A DNA stretch of 64,000 nucleotides, taken from positions 262,625 through 326,624 of the forward strand of contig JAEPQO010000001.1 of NCBI GenBank assembly GCA_017640505.1, in the 5' to 3' direction. A program made the position numbers and the translations under genes. Of this stretch, positions 49,788-56,699 are shown in pieces. Positions within the stretch are counted from its first letter, which is position 1. Every line of letters starts with the position of its first letter. Origin of the DNA: Rhodospirillales bacterium. Lineage in GTDB: Bacteria; Pseudomonadota; Alphaproteobacteria; Rhodospirillales; Casp-alpha2. The notes below the pieces were generated by a model. The model worked only from the letters and a program-made list of their open reading frames with translations. It was not told where the DNA came from and made no database searches.

Positions 49788-50057
49788 TTAGTCCGTATCG
49801 CTGCCGCCGACCTGCGTCATGTCGGCAACGTCGACAGTGCCGGACGCATTGGCGTTGACATAGAAGATGCCGCCTGCCGGCGTGCCGTCGGTGTCCACAT
49901 TCGCAAACAGCATGTCGCCGACACGCAGCATATCGGCCGCGTCGTTAAAGTATCCGGCAGTATCGACATCGGCCGCGGTGTCCACCGTCGTGTAATGCCA
50001 GAGCGTGAACCCGTTGGCATAGGCCAGCACGCTCAGGTCCTTCGATTTGAAGGCCAT
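49788..50057 (-). CDS. small hypothetical protein after the capsid gene (decoration/cement position)
   Basis: 89 aa, 27 nt downstream of the capsid stop, host-like codon usage. Function is positional inference only. Confidence 0.4.
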   Translation of the reverse strand: MAFKSKDLSVLAYANGFTLWHYTTVDTAADVDTAGYFNDAADMLRVGDMLFANVDTDGTPAGGIFYVNANASGTVDVADMTQVGGSDTD

Positions 50058-50084
50058 GATCGGTCTCCTTTCAGTTTTTCAGGA

Positions 50085-50903
50085 TCAGGATTCGAGGCAG
50101 CGCAGCGAGACAACGCCGGCCGTATCGACCAGCACCGAGCCCTGGCTCATCGAGTTGTTGATGAAATGAGCGGCACGGTCGCCGTGCCAGGTGATGTCGG
50201 TCTTCACATCGGAACCGACGGCATGACCGATGGCCGTCTTGTGGTACCAGTAGCAGTACCGAACATTCGACGTCTTGGTCAGTCCGGAGTGCGGCATCCA
50301 GAGCGTCCCCAGCCAGCGCTTGGCCTGGGTGCCCTTCCATGGCAGATCGTCATCGCCGATATAATCGGCGTGTGCGAACTCGTCGATTGCCAGCAGATCC
50401 GACCACTGTTTCCAGCCGACAATGGCGTAACGTTCACCGTCGTCCGGCACGTCGGCACCGCCCAGCATTTCAAATGCGGTCAGCACTTTGGCCTTCATCA
50501 GGCCATCGGCACCGGTACCGGCGTAGTTAGTCGAAGTGTCGAGTTGCTCGATCACAAGTTCGTCTGTCTTGCGGCCGAGTGCGTAGGCACCGGCGCGTGC
50601 GATGACGCCGCGTTCGTCATGTGCGGTCTTTAGTTCGTCCAGGCTGTCGACCCAATCACCCGCGTAATAGTCGTATAGCGTGCACTCCACGGGTTCATGA
50701 TCAACGTTCATTACCGGGACCTTGCCGTGACGAGCTTTGGTCGATGCAGTGCCCTTGCCGATCTTCTGGAAGGTGGTCGACGATCCTTTGATGTCGTTCT
50801 TGGTACGAACGGTGTTCCGAAGCTTCGAGCCCATCCGCTGGTAAGCCAGATGGACGTCCGCCTGAAAATGTTTGACGAACGATTGTTCGACGGAAGTGGA
50901 CAT
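50085..50903 (-). CDS. major capsid protein (T7 gp10-like, short form)
   Basis: 272 aa. FVKHFQADVHLAYQRMGSKLRNTVRTKNDIKGSSTTFQKIGKGTA...DELKTAHDERGVIARAGAYALGRKTDELVI parallels T7 gp10 FARTSVTTSRHMVRSISSGKSAQFPVLG...YDVRSEYTSQLGESLAMAADGAVL. Confidence 0.65.
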   Translation of the reverse strand: MSTSVEQSFVKHFQADVHLAYQRMGSKLRNTVRTKNDIKGSSTTFQKIGKGTASTKARHGKVPVMNVDHEPVECTLYDYYAGDWVDSLDELKTAHDERGVIARAGAYALGRKTDELVIEQLDTSTNYAGTGADGLMKAKVLTAFEMLGGADVPDDGERYAIVGWKQWSDLLAIDEFAHADYIGDDDLPWKGTQAKRWLGTLWMPHSGLTKTSNVRYCYWYHKTAIGHAVGSDVKTDITWHGDRAAHFINNSMSQGSVLVDTAGVVSLRCLES

Positions 50904-51183
50904 GGTCCATTCTCCATTTCGGTTTCAGTTGGTTTGAGAGAAACCGGCCGGCGCGGGTTATGGCGTCGCATTGTGCGACGCCGCCCGCGCTGCCGAGACG
51001 CGCTTTTAGGGCCAGGCGGGGTCATTGATCCTTACCCGGTTGTCCTAAAGCGAAAATGCTTAAGAAGTCGATGGCTTGATTAGGACGGGGGTGCCGCCGG
51101 AAGAAAGCGGCACCCCCGCCGGATGCGGGGGAGCTGCGAATACCCCTAACGCGCTCCACCCCGCCTCACATCCGGACCATGCG
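50904..51183 (-). other. 280-nt structured non-coding spacer between scaffold-like and capsid genes
   Basis: Hairpins GGCGTCGC-attgt-GCGACGCC (50962-50982) and GGGGGTGCCGC-9 nt-GCGGCACCCCC (51087-51117). The latter shares its C5 arm with an alternative hairpin CCCCCGC-cggat-GCGGGGG (51113-51131). Confidence 0.5.
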
Positions 51184-51897
51184 TCAGCCCGGATAGAGCT
51201 TTTCGAATCCGGCGCGGACTTTATTCACCATCGCCGGATCCTGATCGCGCCAGTAACGCGGGTCGGACATCATCTCGCGAAGTTTCTTCTCATCCACGCC
51301 GGCTCCAATCCGGTCACCGTCTCGGGCGATACCAGGTTCGTCCGCGGCCATCATACGATGCAGCGCGAGTACGCCTTCGAACGAGGATCCGAGTGCTGCC
51401 GTCACTTCTTCAGGCAGGTGCGCGCGTGCCCAGTCACCGAGTTGCCGCGACATCGCATTCCAACGTTCCTTGCCGCCGAAATACTCCTCAAGCCTGCCCT
51501 GTACGCCAGCGGCCTCGGCGCCGCGGCGGGCATCCTCGAGATGCGGTTCGACGTACTTGCGCGCCAAGTCATACACAAGCTGAGCCTGTTCATTGGTGAA
51601 CCCGGCCTGATGCAGTAGCTTGTCGACATCCGGATCGCTGGTGCGCTCACCGCAATCAATACAATAATCCGTAGGCGTTTCCGGCACGATGCCGGTACCG
51701 CGCGAGAACCGCTGCTCCAACGCCTGATACGATCGCCACAGCGACCCTGTTCGAACTTCGCCTTTCTCGTCATCCCAGAACTTGTCAGGCAGCCCCTTCG
51801 GTCGCGCGGGCTTCGACATGACTTCGGGCGGCTGGATGGCCGGCGCGTCGTCGATTACATCGGCAGGCGTGCTTGTCTCTTCGATGATATTGTTCAT
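51184..51897 (-). CDS. putative scaffolding/assembly protein
   Basis: 237 aa, acidic and helical, located between portal and capsid as in T7 gp9. No motif recognised. Confidence 0.4.
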   Translation of the reverse strand: MNNIIEETSTPADVIDDAPAIQPPEVMSKPARPKGLPDKFWDDEKGEVRTGSLWRSYQALEQRFSRGTGIVPETPTDYCIDCGERTSDPDVDKLLHQAGFTNEQAQLVYDLARKYVEPHLEDARRGAEAAGVQGRLEEYFGGKERWNAMSRQLGDWARAHLPEEVTAALGSSFEGVLALHRMMAADEPGIARDGDRIGAGVDEKKLREMMSDPRYWRDQDPAMVNKVRAGFEKLYPG

Positions 51898-51906
51898 TGT
51901 CTTCTC

Positions 51907-52182
51907 CTATTGGTCGACGTCGGAAGTAGAAACTGCCATGGACGTAGGTCCGTTTCGGCCACGTTCGGTCAGTGTCAGAATGTGATGAACGAGTTGGCGC
52001 TGCCCTTCGAGATGGCGGAGCTGCGCGTCACACGCCCCCGGCCCCAGCGTGCGCTCCATCGTGATGGAGCGCAGATAAGCTAGCATCTGCCGCCCGTCGC
52101 CACCCTGGAAACAGCGTGCCGCGATCAGAGCAAGCTCGGCCGCATCGGGCCGCGGATCGTTCGCAACCGCTTCACTGGACAT
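51907..52182 (-). CDS. small phage-associated hypothetical protein
   Basis: Start taken as ATG 52182, an 11-nt overlap with the portal stop. FQGGDGRQMLAYLRSIT...LEGQRQLVHHILTL resembles small conserved proteins found next to podovirus portal genes; recalled from memory, unverified. Confidence 0.35.
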   Translation of the reverse strand: MSSEAVANDPRPDAAELALIAARCFQGGDGRQMLAYLRSITMERTLGPGACDAQLRHLEGQRQLVHHILTLTERGRNGPTSMAVSTSDVDQ

Positions 52183-53809
52183 GTGCCGTCTCCGTTGCCA
52201 CGACTTCATCGGTGTCCGTGTCTGTCACGCCGGCGATCGGTACAGCACCGCTGAGAGCATCGCCGATGGCCCCCAGGATGTCCCCGTTCGCGCCGAGCCC
52301 GGGCACTTGCGGCAGATCCTCCGGGACCTCGGCAAGCTCCGCTTCGGTGCGGAGAATATCCTCTGGCACGCCGAATGCGCCCGCCAGGTATCGGGATGCC
52401 TTGAGCGGGTTCAGCAATTGCTGCGCTTCCGGCCCCATCGCCGTTACGGTGGTGATCCAGTCCCGCACCATGCCGGCTTCACGCTGGCGGCGATGACGTG
52501 CGAGTGGTGAGGTGTAGATCATCTCCACGATTCGGCCGTCGATTTCAAAACGACCGATCTCACCTCTACGCTGCAGAATACCAACAGCCCGGACAGCGAG
52601 TGGCGTTAGCAGTTCAGATTGCAAGCGACCGTATGTGGCACCCAAAAGCCGTGCCATTTCCATCGATCGTTCCAGCACTTCCGTTGCCGTCATGTCCGGC
52701 CTATCGGACTGACCCAGCATGTCGATCATCAACGCATGGCGGATGCGCCCCCGCATTTGTTCGAGCACATCGGTGGACAGCGTCATGTCGTTGGCGGGCC
52801 TGAGTGGCGTGAGTCCCGCCGAACCGACGGCCTTGGGAATGATGGTGCCAGGCTCCAGCTTGATCGTTGCCGGGTTGAGCACGCCGTCATCGTCGGCCTG
52901 CCAGATACCCGTGACGGCGATCGACGCGTTCTTCAAAATCAGTTCGACCACTTTGTTGGCAGTCTTGATATCCGGCAGCGCCTTCATCACCGGCGAACGT
53001 CCGTAGATTTCGCCAGGCGCCTTCACCCAGCGGAAGTTGATAAACGGCGATGAACGAAATGTACCGGTCCTGAGCATCTGCGTTTCGGCCGCCTCGCCTT
53101 CGCCACCTTCACGAATGGCGACATACTCGTACCCGCGGCGGGCAGGATAGACGGCCTCGATTACGGCAATCTTCTCGTTGCTTTCCGTCTCTTCGCCTTC
53201 GCTCTCGGTAAGACGGGCCTCGGGATAACGTTCCCGGAACTGCGCGACGGTGAGCTCCGAGCGCCGGAAAGTGGTGTCCAATTTGCCGCCAAGGCTTTCC
53301 TCGAAGACGACTTCGGAAAGCGGCACTGCGGTGAAACGGAACGCGGTGGGCTCGCCGGCCGGTGCTTCTTCGAACATCAGGCACGCAGTCCCTGCAGTAA
53401 CGAGATCGAGATAGCACTGGTGCATTTCAACTGCGAAATTGGACCGATCGAAATGCCCCTGCAGCACCGCTGCCGCATTGCCCAGGATCTGGCTCATTTG
53501 CGGATGCGCTTCTTCGGGCGCTTCACGCCCCGGCTTGAAATCGAACCACTGATCCCAAGGCGGCGTCAGTTCAGACAACAGACTTGCCGCTAGTTGATCA
53601 ACGGCGTCAGTCGCGGTGCCGTCATAGAGGCGCGTGCCTTTCCTAACGCCCGGCGCGGTATCCATGATCGCGGCTTCGCGTTGCGGCAGGGCATGTTCGT
53701 AACAGTCGCGCCAATGCCCTTCCCATGGTTGCCGGCGTTCTCTGGCGCGGCGGTAACGTTCTTTCAGTTTTTCCGGATCGGGGGAGGTTTCGCTCGTTGT
53801 CATCATCAC
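52172..53809 (-). CDS. portal (head-to-tail connector) protein, podovirus type
   Basis: 545 aa. EKLKERYRRARERRQPWEGHWRDCYEHALPQRE...DGTATDAVDQLAASLLSELTPPW parallels T7 gp8 VYERLKNDRAPYETRAQNCAQYTIPSLFP...ARGLNNLASKLMLALFP. Confidence 0.7.
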   Translation of the reverse strand: MMMTTSETSPDPEKLKERYRRARERRQPWEGHWRDCYEHALPQREAAIMDTAPGVRKGTRLYDGTATDAVDQLAASLLSELTPPWDQWFDFKPGREAPEEAHPQMSQILGNAAAVLQGHFDRSNFAVEMHQCYLDLVTAGTACLMFEEAPAGEPTAFRFTAVPLSEVVFEESLGGKLDTTFRRSELTVAQFRERYPEARLTESEGEETESNEKIAVIEAVYPARRGYEYVAIREGGEGEAAETQMLRTGTFRSSPFINFRWVKAPGEIYGRSPVMKALPDIKTANKVVELILKNASIAVTGIWQADDDGVLNPATIKLEPGTIIPKAVGSAGLTPLRPANDMTLSTDVLEQMRGRIRHALMIDMLGQSDRPDMTATEVLERSMEMARLLGATYGRLQSELLTPLAVRAVGILQRRGEIGRFEIDGRIVEMIYTSPLARHRRQREAGMVRDWITTVTAMGPEAQQLLNPLKASRYLAGAFGVPEDILRTEAELAEVPEDLPQVPGLGANGDILGAIGDALSGAVPIAGVTDTDTDEVVATETAHVQ

Positions 53810-54033
53810 TCTCCGAGTTTGTCCTTGAGCGGGTTTGCGGCTTGCACCGTGCTGGACGAGCCTGATCGCTCCTCGAGTACACCGCGTTCGGACGTGGCGA
53901 TGGTGCCGGCACGGCCGCGGCGGCGGCGCTCAATCGCTTCCAAACGACGTTCACGTTCGTCCGCTGCGGGATCCGGCGCCGGTGGCGGCGGCGGCAATGG
54001 TGCAGGCGCGGGTGGTGAGAAAAATCCCCCCAT
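53806..54033 (-). CDS. small Pro-rich protein, first gene of the portal operon
   Basis: AAGGAG lies 8 nt before ATG 54033. ATGA overlap with the portal start. 75 aa (PPAPAPLPPPPPAPDP, then an R/E-rich helix). Confidence 0.45.
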   Translation of the reverse strand: MGGFFSPPAPAPLPPPPPAPDPAADERERRLEAIERRRRGRAGTIATSERGVLEERSGSSSTVQAANPLKDKLGE

Positions 54034-54074
54034 GATCAGTCTCCTTTCTCAGGTTCGTGATGAAAATCAGGCAC

Positions 54075-54101
54075 AAAAAAAGGCGCCCGATTTGGGCGCC
54101 C
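54075..54101 (-). terminator. intrinsic terminator inside the leader of the portal operon
   Basis: Minus-strand GGGCGCCC-aaauc-GGGCGCC followed by U7, then GUGCCUGAUUUUCAUCAC. Lies between the predicted promoter and ATG 54033. Confidence 0.6.
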
Positions 54102-54154
54102 GAAGCGTGATTGCAGTTTAGCAGGGAAGGGCCGGTCCGGCCCGGTAACACAGC

Positions 54155-54195
54155 AGCCCCGGATTGCGGACACACTTGTCCCCCGTGACTTGAGG
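54155..54195 (-). repeat. conserved 5'-leader element, copy 2
   Basis: CCUCAAGUCACGGGGGACAAGUGUGUCCGCAAUCCGGGGCU is ~88% identical to 56553-56592. The GGAC/GUCC inner stem is kept while both loop differences fall in unpaired positions. Confidence 0.6.
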
Positions 54196-54197
54196 CC

Positions 54198-54226
54198 ACT
54201 TTAAAAAATACTTATTCGAGAGTCAA
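54198..54226 (-). promoter_or_regulatory. sigma70-type promoter P2 (portal operon)
   Basis: Minus-strand TTGACT (54221-54226), 17 nt, TAAAGT (54198-54203). The -35 extends to TTGACTC, which contains a GANTC site. Confidence 0.5.
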
Positions 54227-54251
54227 TAGATTTTTTTCGTGTTTTTAGTGT

Positions 54252-54528
54252 TTATGTCAACATCGCGGGTTTGATCGCGGGCACATCGCGCGGCGCGGCA
54301 AAAGCAGCAAGCATGCCGTCCTGCTTCGCCGCAAGCACTTGCGGGCTGCCAAGGTCGGGATCGTCCGGCTGACCTTCGAACGGTGGCGTGTCTGATTCGC
54401 CCGGCACCAGCGGCTCATACGACGGCGGATTGACCGCCCGGTCGGGCTTCGCTGGATGGCCCTCAGAATACCGCCCTTCTGATCGCCATTATACGCCGGG
54501 CGTTCTTCCCGGTCCGGCAGCTTGGGCT
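54252..54528 (-). pseudogene. 5'-truncated, frameshifted remnant of a paralog of the 397-aa gene
   Basis: Begins right after the stop of the 249-aa gene. KPKLPDREERPAYNGDQKGGIL, then after a 1-nt deletion EGHPAKPDRAVNPPSYEPLVPGESD. This aligns with APKLPDREEFPTHQPDPKDGIFKGRPAEPQAPLRTPPLTPPDTGEFHEPLVTPDQSD of 55279-56472. A 21-nt stretch is identical (54503-54523 = 55873-55893). Confidence 0.65.
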
Positions 54529-55278
54529 TTATCTCGGCGGCACCATTGAACGAATCTTATTGCCGCACATCAGCGACCAATCGTAAGCCTTGTCCCAAAA
54601 ATCGTTGTGCCGTTCGGGATATACCGGGTAAGGCCAACCGAGCATGTCGTACACCCGCGCCATGGCGGGGTTCGGCATGCCGGTCTCTTCGTTCCAGTAT
54701 GTTTCAACGTTCATTTCGTAGTGATAGTACCAGGCCCGCAACAGGTCTTCGCCGCCCGCGACCTCGCAGTACGTCTCGATGATCGGAGGCTCGGCGATCA
54801 GCAGGTAGCCCATTTCGTAGTTACCCGTCACCGCCCAGTCCTCGTGCCCGTCGAAGGCGCACATATCGATCCCGGGTACATGCGTCTTCAGATACTCATA
54901 TGCCTCATGGAGCTTCCGCGGGTCGGCAGGACAACGGCAGTACCATGCTTCGTCGTCGGGCCTTTTCTCCTCCGTTGGCGCCCACTCGGCCGACATAATG
55001 AATTCATTCCGCCCCAGCCGCTTCAGGCAGTTCATCAGCGGTTCATAATAGGATGTGATTTCCGGCACACCTTCCTTGCCGGGCCAGTTCGGCTCGTCGT
55101 CCATCACGCCGCTCCACTCAAAATCAGCCGGAAGAAGCACGGCTTTCCAGCCGCGCTCGGTCAACAGGCTCGCATCGCCTTCCCACAACCCCCTTGTGGG
55201 ACCGGCGGGGAGGAGGCGCTTCTGCGCCTCCTCGAGTTCCTGCGACTGACGTGCAAATACGGGTGTAATGCCGGTCAT
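54529..55278 (-). CDS. acidic W/Y/E-rich cytoplasmic protein of unknown function (immunity-like position)
   Basis: 249 aa. Its ATG directly abuts the TAG of the upstream gene (TAGATG). No signal peptide and no family recognised. Confidence 0.45.
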   Translation of the reverse strand: MTGITPVFARQSQELEEAQKRLLPAGPTRGLWEGDASLLTERGWKAVLLPADFEWSGVMDDEPNWPGKEGVPEITSYYEPLMNCLKRLGRNEFIMSAEWAPTEEKRPDDEAWYCRCPADPRKLHEAYEYLKTHVPGIDMCAFDGHEDWAVTGNYEMGYLLIAEPPIIETYCEVAGGEDLLRAWYYHYEMNVETYWNEETGMPNPAMARVYDMLGWPYPVYPERHNDFWDKAYDWSLMCGNKIRSMVPPR

Positions 55279-56472
55279 CTAGCTCTCCTCTCCGTAACGT
55301 CGTTTTATCTGATGAGTCTTGTACTCCGGATGCACGCTCGGCACCTGGATTTCCAACGTGAGACCATTCCCATCGCTCGGGCGGGACATGATGATGACCC
55401 CGGTCGGACTTTCGTATTTAAGCCGCCCCGGTCCCACGTGCTCGACCCTTGCGCCATCCGGGTCATCGCCGAACTTGCGCACCATCGCACGAAAATCGGC
55501 ATCGCGCTGGGATTCCGGTTTGCCCGTTTCGATGTGCATACCTTTGGCATTTCCATGCGTTGCCGTGCCATCGGACAGTCCCGCTTCCTTGACCAGTTGC
55601 GCCGTCGCCGGATCAAGCGCGTCGAGCGCCTTCTGCGTCTCCTCTGGCGGTTTCCCGCCTTTGGCGAACTCAACAGGTTCGGGAAGTTCCTTGAATTCCA
55701 GAATCTGCGGTCCGTTGATCATCGGGTCGTCGGACTGGTCCGGAGTGACGAGCGGTTCATGGAACTCGCCCGTATCCGGCGGCGTCAGCGGCGGCGTACG
55801 AAGCGGTGCCTGCGGCTCCGCCGGGCGACCCTTGAAAATACCGTCCTTCGGGTCGGGCTGGTGTGTCGGGAATTCTTCCCGGTCCGGCAGCTTCGGTGCC
55901 GTGTCCGTGCGCCCATGTTGACGGCGGAGTTGTTCCCCAATCGCGCCTGCAACAACACTCCCCCCGAACAACAAGGGCAGCGTCAAAGCACCCGGACCGA
56001 GCGCGACCTTTACGTCGCCTTGATCATCCTTACGCGAGCGTCGTCCGACGTCACCTGAACCGGTTTCGCGGTGCCCGCCTGCCTTGCCGGTAAGCTTTGC
56101 CAGTGTGCGGATGGTCTCGCCATTCGGATTGATCTGCCCGTCGACCTTGAGGCCGTTCTGCTTTTGGAACATTCGCGTCGCCTCGCGGGTCCGTTCGCCC
56201 CAATAGCCCGTCGGACCGTCGGTCTTTTCCAGATCGAGCGAGCCGGCGCGGCCCAGCATGGTTTCGACCTTGGCGACGTCGCGGCGGTCGTTCCTGCCCT
56301 GCTCGCCCACCGGACGGGCGAGCTTCGACGCATCGCCCAGGTTCGAGATTTCCGGTTCCGGCATAGGCTTCGGCGGCACGCGCCCGAACGGGTCACGCCC
56401 TTCGTTCCTCTTCCGGCCGTCACGCGGTCCGAACGGGTCGCCCGCAAATCCTGGCGCGTCAAAATTCCTCAT
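55279..56472 (-). CDS. modular protein: peptidoglycan-binding-like module, TM helix, Pro-rich linker, unknown C-terminal domain
   Basis: 397 aa. VAKVETMLGRAGSLDLEKTDGPTGYWGERTREATRMFQKQNGLKVDGQINPNGETIRTL (PG_binding_1-like), a hydrophobic segment VALGPGALTLPLLFGGSVVAGAIG, a P-rich linker and a ~130-aa C-domain. Confidence 0.5.
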   Translation of the reverse strand: MRNFDAPGFAGDPFGPRDGRKRNEGRDPFGRVPPKPMPEPEISNLGDASKLARPVGEQGRNDRRDVAKVETMLGRAGSLDLEKTDGPTGYWGERTREATRMFQKQNGLKVDGQINPNGETIRTLAKLTGKAGGHRETGSGDVGRRSRKDDQGDVKVALGPGALTLPLLFGGSVVAGAIGEQLRRQHGRTDTAPKLPDREEFPTHQPDPKDGIFKGRPAEPQAPLRTPPLTPPDTGEFHEPLVTPDQSDDPMINGPQILEFKELPEPVEFAKGGKPPEETQKALDALDPATAQLVKEAGLSDGTATHGNAKGMHIETGKPESQRDADFRAMVRKFGDDPDGARVEHVGPGRLKYESPTGVIIMSRPSDGNGLTLEIQVPSVHPEYKTHQIKRRYGEES

Positions 56473-56493
56473 GGCTTAGACCTCTTGAGTTCA

Positions 56494-56529
56494 CATATGA
56501 AAAGACCCCGCCGATTTTTCGGCAGGGTC
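56494..56529 (-). terminator. hairpin plus CUUUUCAUAU box (copy C)
   Basis: Minus-strand CCCUGCCG-aaaaau-CGGCGGGG, then UCUUUUCAUAUG, about 25 nt before the SD and ATG 56472. Confidence 0.5.
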
Positions 56530-56545
56530 CTGGGAACGGCTGAAA

Positions 56546-56592
56546 ATGAAAAAGCCCCGGACTGCGGACGCACCTGTCCCCGGGACTTGAGG
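56546..56592 (-). repeat. conserved 5'-leader element, copy 1, here ending in a U-run (terminator-like)
   Basis: CCUCAAGUCCCGGGGACAGGUGCGUCCGCAGUCCGGGGCU followed by UUUUCAUUUU. Paralogous to 54155-54195. Confidence 0.6.
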
Positions 56593-56594
56593 TC

Positions 56595-56623
56595 TTTGTA
56601 AAATTACCTCAGCGGAGAGTCAA
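56595..56623 (-). promoter_or_regulatory. sigma70-type promoter P1 (397-aa/249-aa operon)
   Basis: Minus-strand TTGACT (56618-56623), 17 nt, TACAAA (56595-56600). It has the same extended TTGACTCTC -35 as P2, including GANTC. Confidence 0.5.
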
Positions 56624-56699
56624 GAAAAAATTCTCGCCATAGGTGTACGTTTCGGTCACCCCTCGTGATGTGAAATCACACAACCGAAGCGCGACCAAT

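Larger units (their letters stand above)
40865..56623 (-). mobile_element. T7-like podovirus morphogenesis gene cluster (defective prophage or domesticated GTA-like locus)
   Basis: All genes are on the minus strand in T7 order: portal, scaffold-like, capsid, gp11-like, gp12-like, terminase. The flanks are MAPEG/mutase and tldD. No integrase, replication, lysis, core or fibre genes were recognised. Confidence 0.7.

Noticed and set aside
50057-50110. T7-style programmed -1 frameshift at the capsid 3' end (gp10A/10B).
   Set aside because: The alternative frame overlapping the capsid 3' end (track ORF 50071-50340) stops only 14 nt beyond the capsid stop, so no meaningful extension is possible. 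I noticed no slippery heptamer.
54198-54216. CtrA-box-like sequence (TTAA-N7-TTAT on the plus strand) overlapping promoter P2.
   Set aside because: Only one good half-site is present, and it is not conserved in the paralogous promoter P1. AT-rich promoter DNA gives such matches by chance.
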